DNA of 64,000 bases from Candidatus Hydrogenedentota bacterium (lineage in GTDB: Bacteria > Hydrogenedentota > Hydrogenedentia > Hydrogenedentales > SLHB01): the NCBI GenBank assembly GCA_963745075.1, contig CAVUWV010000008.1, positions 416,001-480,000 on the forward strand, in the 5' to 3' direction. Positions 59,761-64,000 of this stretch are shown here, piece after piece. Positions within the stretch are counted from its first letter, which is position 1, and every line of letters begins with the position of its first letter. The position numbers were made by a program, and so were the translations under genes. Below the pieces are notes generated by a model, which worked only from the letters and a program-made list of their open reading frames with translations, was not told where the DNA came from and ran no database searches.

Positions 59761-61854
59761 ATGATTGATACGAGAAGTTATTGGTGGTTTGGCGCGGCGA
59801 TCGCGCTGGCCGTAGTTGTGGTGTTGAGCGGCGGATGTTCCGGCGGTATATCGCTGAATGGCGCGACGCCCATTGACCTGAGTGCGCTCCCGCAGAAGCG
59901 GATCGAGATCGATCGGGACTGGCGGGACGTCCGCGTGGTTCCTGCCGGGGAACACGTGACGGATCTGGGAACGATCCCCGAGGGAGGCGCCGTACGGCTG
60001 GCTTTCTTCCCGAAAGGGATATCTCCGGAGTCGCCCTCGGTTGCGGTATTCGCCGGGGACACATTGGTGGAGCAACGGGCACCCGAAGATGCCGGGCACT
60101 GGAGCGATTGGCGGATCGATCTTGGGCCCTACAGCGGGCGGGATGTTTCGTGCAAGGTGGTGTTTTCCTCGAACTGCGACGTGTTTCTGGCGCATTGCGA
60201 ACTGGTTCCCCAGGCCGAGGCGCCGCCGAACGTGCTGGTGTTCTTGATCGACACACTGCGACCGGATCACCTGGGATGTTATGGGTACGATCGCGCGACG
60301 TCGCCGAACATCGACGCGTTGGCCGGGGACAGTCTGCGATTTGCGGAGATGATTTCGCAATCCTCGTGGACGCGGCCGGCGGTGGCATCCCTACTGACGA
60401 GCACTTACCCCTCCGTGCACGAAGCAAAGGATCGGTTGGATGTACTGCGCGCCGATTTGCCGACGCTGGCGGAGGTATTTCGCGATGCGGGATACGAGAC
60501 CCAGGGGTTCATGAGCAATCCGAACTGTGTTCCCGCGTGGGGGTTCGACCGGGGGTTCAATCGATTCATCGACATCGATTCGTACACGATCAAGCCGGGC
60601 AAGGACGAGGACACGGTGAACGCGGCACTCGCGGCGTTGGAGGAGGCCGCGGGCCGGCCGTGGTTCTTCTACATACACGTGGTGGGTCCGCATGAACCAT
60701 ATGAACCGCCGGTGCCATACGACGCGAAATTCACATCGGCGTCGGACGATGACCACGCCCGGGCCAAGGCGTTGTACGACGGTGAAATCGCGTTTACCGA
60801 CGTGCAGTTCGGACGCATCGTCGATACGTTGAAACGCTTGGGCATTTACGACAACACGTTGATCGTCGTGGTATCGGATCACGGCGAGGAATTCTGGGAA
60901 CACGGCGGGACCGGTCACGGGTCCACGCTGTTCGACGAGGAGATTCGCATTCCCTTTATCTTGAAACTGCCGCAGCAACAGGACGCGGGCAAGGCGGTGG
61001 ACGGGATATGCCAGATCATCGACGCGGGTCCGACGATTCTGGAGACGCTCGGTCTGACGATTCCGGCGTCGTTCCAGGGCACGACGTTGAGTGGGCTGGC
61101 CGCCGGGGAACCGCGCGCGCAACCGTATGCGTATTCGTCGTTGTTTTTTGACAAGTTCAGCGCGCACGGGGCCCGAAGCGAAGCGTTCAAGTATATCGAC
61201 GACGCCGCGCAGGACACGCGCGCGTGGTACGACCTCAATGCCGATCCCGGCGAGCAGCACCCCCTTGCCGATGCCCCTGACGGGCAGGCCGGGCTGGCGC
61301 GGCTCGCGTCGCAGATTGCCGCGAGCGGCAACGACGGTCTACACATTCTGGTGACGGGCAGTTTGGAGGAAAAACATACGATTGACGGTGTAGTCGAGGG
61401 CGAAGGGCTTGGGGCGTTCAGCCTGCGCTATCTTGCCGACAACGGTGAGGTGACGCGAACGGAGAAGGGGGTCGCGTTTCGGATTGTCACCAGCCCGGGA
61501 GAGAATGCTCCCTTCGACATTGTGAATTTCCATAAGGACAGCGCCGAACAGAACAACGCCGATGTGCGTATCGATGCGGATCCGGCGCAACCGTTGCGGA
61601 TTGCGATCGCGCTCGACGGGGTTCCGGCTCCGGCGGATATGGTGTTTGTGGGACCGAAGAAAATGCCGCGCGCGTTAAACGGCACGGAACTGCAGCCCAG
61701 TGAACTGGCCGCCGGTTCGGAAGGGTTCTTTCCCAGTGCGCTGCCGCGACGGTTGGCGGTCTACGTGTGGTACGCGCCCGGCGCCGATACGGTGTCGAAT
61801 GAGAACCTCGAGCCCGGCATGGCGGACGCGTTGAAGGCGTTGGGGTATTTGTAG
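59761..61854 (+). CDS. Sulfatase-like (alkaline phosphatase superfamily) exported protein
   Basis: NVLVFLIDTLRPDHLGCYGY, SSWTRPAVASL, PHEPY, YDGEI, SDHGEEF.EHG..GHG, C-terminal LKALGYL. Confidence 0.88.
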   Translation: MIDTRSYWWFGAAIALAVVVVLSGGCSGGISLNGATPIDLSALPQKRIEIDRDWRDVRVVPAGEHVTDLGTIPEGGAVRLAFFPKGISPESPSVAVFAGDTLVEQRAPEDAGHWSDWRIDLGPYSGRDVSCKVVFSSNCDVFLAHCELVPQAEAPPNVLVFLIDTLRPDHLGCYGYDRATSPNIDALAGDSLRFAEMISQSSWTRPAVASLLTSTYPSVHEAKDRLDVLRADLPTLAEVFRDAGYETQGFMSNPNCVPAWGFDRGFNRFIDIDSYTIKPGKDEDTVNAALAALEEAAGRPWFFYIHVVGPHEPYEPPVPYDAKFTSASDDDHARAKALYDGEIAFTDVQFGRIVDTLKRLGIYDNTLIVVVSDHGEEFWEHGGTGHGSTLFDEEIRIPFILKLPQQQDAGKAVDGICQIIDAGPTILETLGLTIPASFQGTTLSGLAAGEPRAQPYAYSSLFFDKFSAHGARSEAFKYIDDAAQDTRAWYDLNADPGEQHPLADAPDGQAGLARLASQIAASGNDGLHILVTGSLEEKHTIDGVVEGEGLGAFSLRYLADNGEVTRTEKGVAFRIVTSPGENAPFDIVNFHKDSAEQNNADVRIDADPAQPLRIAIALDGVPAPADMVFVGPKKMPRALNGTELQPSELAAGSEGFFPSALPRRLAVYVWYAPGADTVSNENLEPGMADALKALGYL

Positions 61855-61922
61855 AGGAAACTCAGACGGGCACGGGCCTCACTGACGAGCGCGAACGCAT
61901 AGGGTTATCGACGGATCGAGGG

Positions 61923-64000
61923 ATGAGTTTCAGGAGGAACAAGAAATTCTATTTTGTGTTGGCGGTCGTTTTGGGCGTCGTGGCCGTGGTCTGTGCGTGG
62001 TGGTTTTACGCGGCATCCGGTCCGGAGGCGCCACCCGCGGCCACGTCCGCTTTTGCGCTTCGCGACGGGGCGATAAACGACGTTGAGTGGGAAGGCGACT
62101 GGCGTGAGGCCAGGATCGTGCCGGCGGGCAGCCACACCATCGATTTGGGCGCGATACCTGCCGGTGGCGCGCTGCGAATCGGGACTGCTCCGCGCCAGTT
62201 GTTCCAGCGGGCGCCGCACGTGTTTGTGCTGGCCGGGGATGTCGTGGTCACGAAATTTGACGTACGCGAGCCAAAGACATGGACCGACTATCGCGTCGCT
62301 CTCGCGGCCTACGGGGGGGATGGCGCACCCTGCCGGGTCGTAATTGTCTCGGACGTGGACGTGTATGTTTCGCATTGTGAACTGGTGCCCATTGCGTCCG
62401 GTCAACCCAATGTGGTCCTGTTTCTGGTAGACACCATGCGCCGCGATCATCTTGGATGCTATGGGTATGCGCGTGACACGTCACCGAACATGGATGGGCT
62501 GGCCGGGGACGGCGTTCGATTGAACGGCATGATATCGCAGTCGTCGTGGACGCGCCCGGCCGTGGCGTCATTGCTGACGAGCACCTATCCGTCGGTGCAT
62601 CGCGCGAACGATCGGGCGGATATCCTGCGCCAGGACTTGCCGACGGTGGCGGAGGCGTTTCGTGACGCGGGCTACGTCACAGAAGGATTCATGAGCAATC
62701 CCTCGTGCCTCCCTGCGTGGGGATTCGGCCGGGGATTCGGCCGCTATCTGGATATCGACTCCTACACGGTGAACCCGGGAAAGGATGCGGACGTGGTGGA
62801 TGCGGTCCTGGCGGCGCTGGACGACGTTGCCGGAAGGCCCTGGTTCTTCTACGTTCACGCGATCGGTCCCCATGACCCCTACGATCCGCCGGCGCCATAC
62901 GACCGGATGTTCACCACGGATACCGCGTCGCTTTCACAAGAGGAAGCAAACCATGCGAATGCCCGCGATCGCTATGATGGCGAGATTGCGTTCACGGACG
63001 CGCAGATCGGCCGTCTGATAGCGGCGTTGCGCGCGAAGGGGATGTACGATAACACGTGGTTCGTCGTTTTGTCCGACCATGGCGAGGAGTTCTGGGAACA
63101 CGGCGGCGAGGGGCATGGGACTACGTTGTACGACGAATTAATCCGGATTCCGTGCATCGTGAAGCCGCCGCATCCCGGGGAGAGCGGTGTCGTGGTGGAC
63201 GGAGTTTGCGAGATCGTGGACGTGGCCCCGACGTTGATCGATCGCACCGGGCTGACCATTCCGCCCACGTTTCAGGGGCATTCGCTGGCAGGGTTCCTGT
63301 CGGGCGGGACGCTTCCCGCGCATCTCGCCTATTCGTCCCTTTACCTCGAAAAACATAGCCAGTATGGCGCGCGCAGCGATGGTCTGAAATACATCAACAA
63401 CATCGCGGCGGGTTCTGAGTCCTGGTACGACTTGGCAGCCGACCCCGGGGAGCACGCGGCGCTTGCGGCGATGCCATCCGAGGGGGCGGCGCTGGTGCAG
63501 TACGCGTCGCGCATCGCGGCGAGTGGAAACGCGGGCTTGCACATTCTGGTTACGGGGAGTCTGCTGGAGGAGCACACGATCGAAGGGACGATAGCGGGTA
63601 AAGGGATGGGCGACATCAGCCTGCGCTATCTGGCGAACAACGGAGAGGTACATCGCACCGATGACGGCGTAACGTTCCGAATCACCACGAGTGTGGGTCA
63701 AGGTGCCGGGATCGGGTTGGCGGAATGGCATGAAATCGGCGCCGAACAAAACCATGCGAACGTGCACGTCGAAGCGAAGCCCGACGAACCGTTGCGGATT
63801 ACGGTGAATCTGGACGGTGCGCCGGCGCCGGAGTCGGCCGTGTTCGTGGGCCCCGCGATGACGCCACGGGCGTTGCAAGACACGGTGCTCGAGCCCGTGG
63901 AACTGGTTGCGGGATCGGAGCAGTTCGATCCGGTGGCGTTGCCGCGGCGGCTGGCCGTGTATGTATGGTATGTGCCGGGTCCGGAGACGGTCGCGGATGA
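61923..64000 (+). CDS. Second sulfatase-like paralog; runs off the window end and is absent from the ORF track
   Basis: Frame from ATG 61923 translated by hand at several points: N-terminal TM, NVVLFLVDTMRRDHLGCYGY, SSWTRPAVASL, SDHGEEFWEHG; collinear with the upstream gene. Confidence 0.87.
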   Translation, partial: MSFRRNKKFYFVLAVVLGVVAVVCAWWFYAASGPEAPPAATSAFALRDGAINDVEWEGDWREARIVPAGSHTIDLGAIPAGGALRIGTAPRQLFQRAPHVFVLAGDVVVTKFDVREPKTWTDYRVALAAYGGDGAPCRVVIVSDVDVYVSHCELVPIASGQPNVVLFLVDTMRRDHLGCYGYARDTSPNMDGLAGDGVRLNGMISQSSWTRPAVASLLTSTYPSVHRANDRADILRQDLPTVAEAFRDAGYVTEGFMSNPSCLPAWGFGRGFGRYLDIDSYTVNPGKDADVVDAVLAALDDVAGRPWFFYVHAIGPHDPYDPPAPYDRMFTTDTASLSQEEANHANARDRYDGEIAFTDAQIGRLIAALRAKGMYDNTWFVVLSDHGEEFWEHGGEGHGTTLYDELIRIPCIVKPPHPGESGVVVDGVCEIVDVAPTLIDRTGLTIPPTFQGHSLAGFLSGGTLPAHLAYSSLYLEKHSQYGARSDGLKYINNIAAGSESWYDLAADPGEHAALAAMPSEGAALVQYASRIAASGNAGLHILVTGSLLEEHTIEGTIAGKGMGDISLRYLANNGEVHRTDDGVTFRITTSVGQGAGIGLAEWHEIGAEQNHANVHVEAKPDEPLRITVNLDGAPAPESAVFVGPAMTPRALQDTVLEPVELVAGSEQFDPVALPRRLAVYVWYVPGPETVAD

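Overview
High-GC bacterial chromosome segment. The gene content suggests a Hydrogenedentota/PVC-like environmental lineage, but this is an unverified inference. Bases 1-27.7 kb hold the core rpoB-rpoC-str-S10-spc-alpha superoperon, which lacks rpmD and rpsD. Many of its essential genes carry single-base frameshifts that look like long-read sequencing errors. Bases 27.9-46.7 kb hold Gfo/Idh/MocA oxidoreductases, mutS, two sugar ABC permeases, a DUF1080 protein, a C39-peptidase/RimK-type ATP-grasp/GCS2 ligase operon, an OmpR-type two-component system, an ICMT-like methyltransferase, a GH36-like glycosidase and a CPXCG protein. The most interesting part is 47.0-56.3 kb on the minus strand, a compact phage-derived structural cluster: portal, prohead protease, small membrane protein, LigD-3'-phosphoesterase-like/scaffold-like protein, decoration protein, HK97-type capsid, adaptor, Dit, a Tal/hub protein with an inserted thermonuclease domain, a baseplate-like protein and a holin. 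I could not recognise an integrase, replication genes, repressor, terminase, tail tube, tape measure or endolysin. The cluster matches host composition and is filled with host REP-like repeats, so it looks like a domesticated, GTA-like particle system. Bases 56.6-64 kb hold a DUF5107/TPR protein and two tandem sulfatase-like paralogs. Strand G/C skew and the orientation of short intergenic repeats both flip at about 34-36 kb. All family assignments come from motif recognition by eye; no database searches were run.
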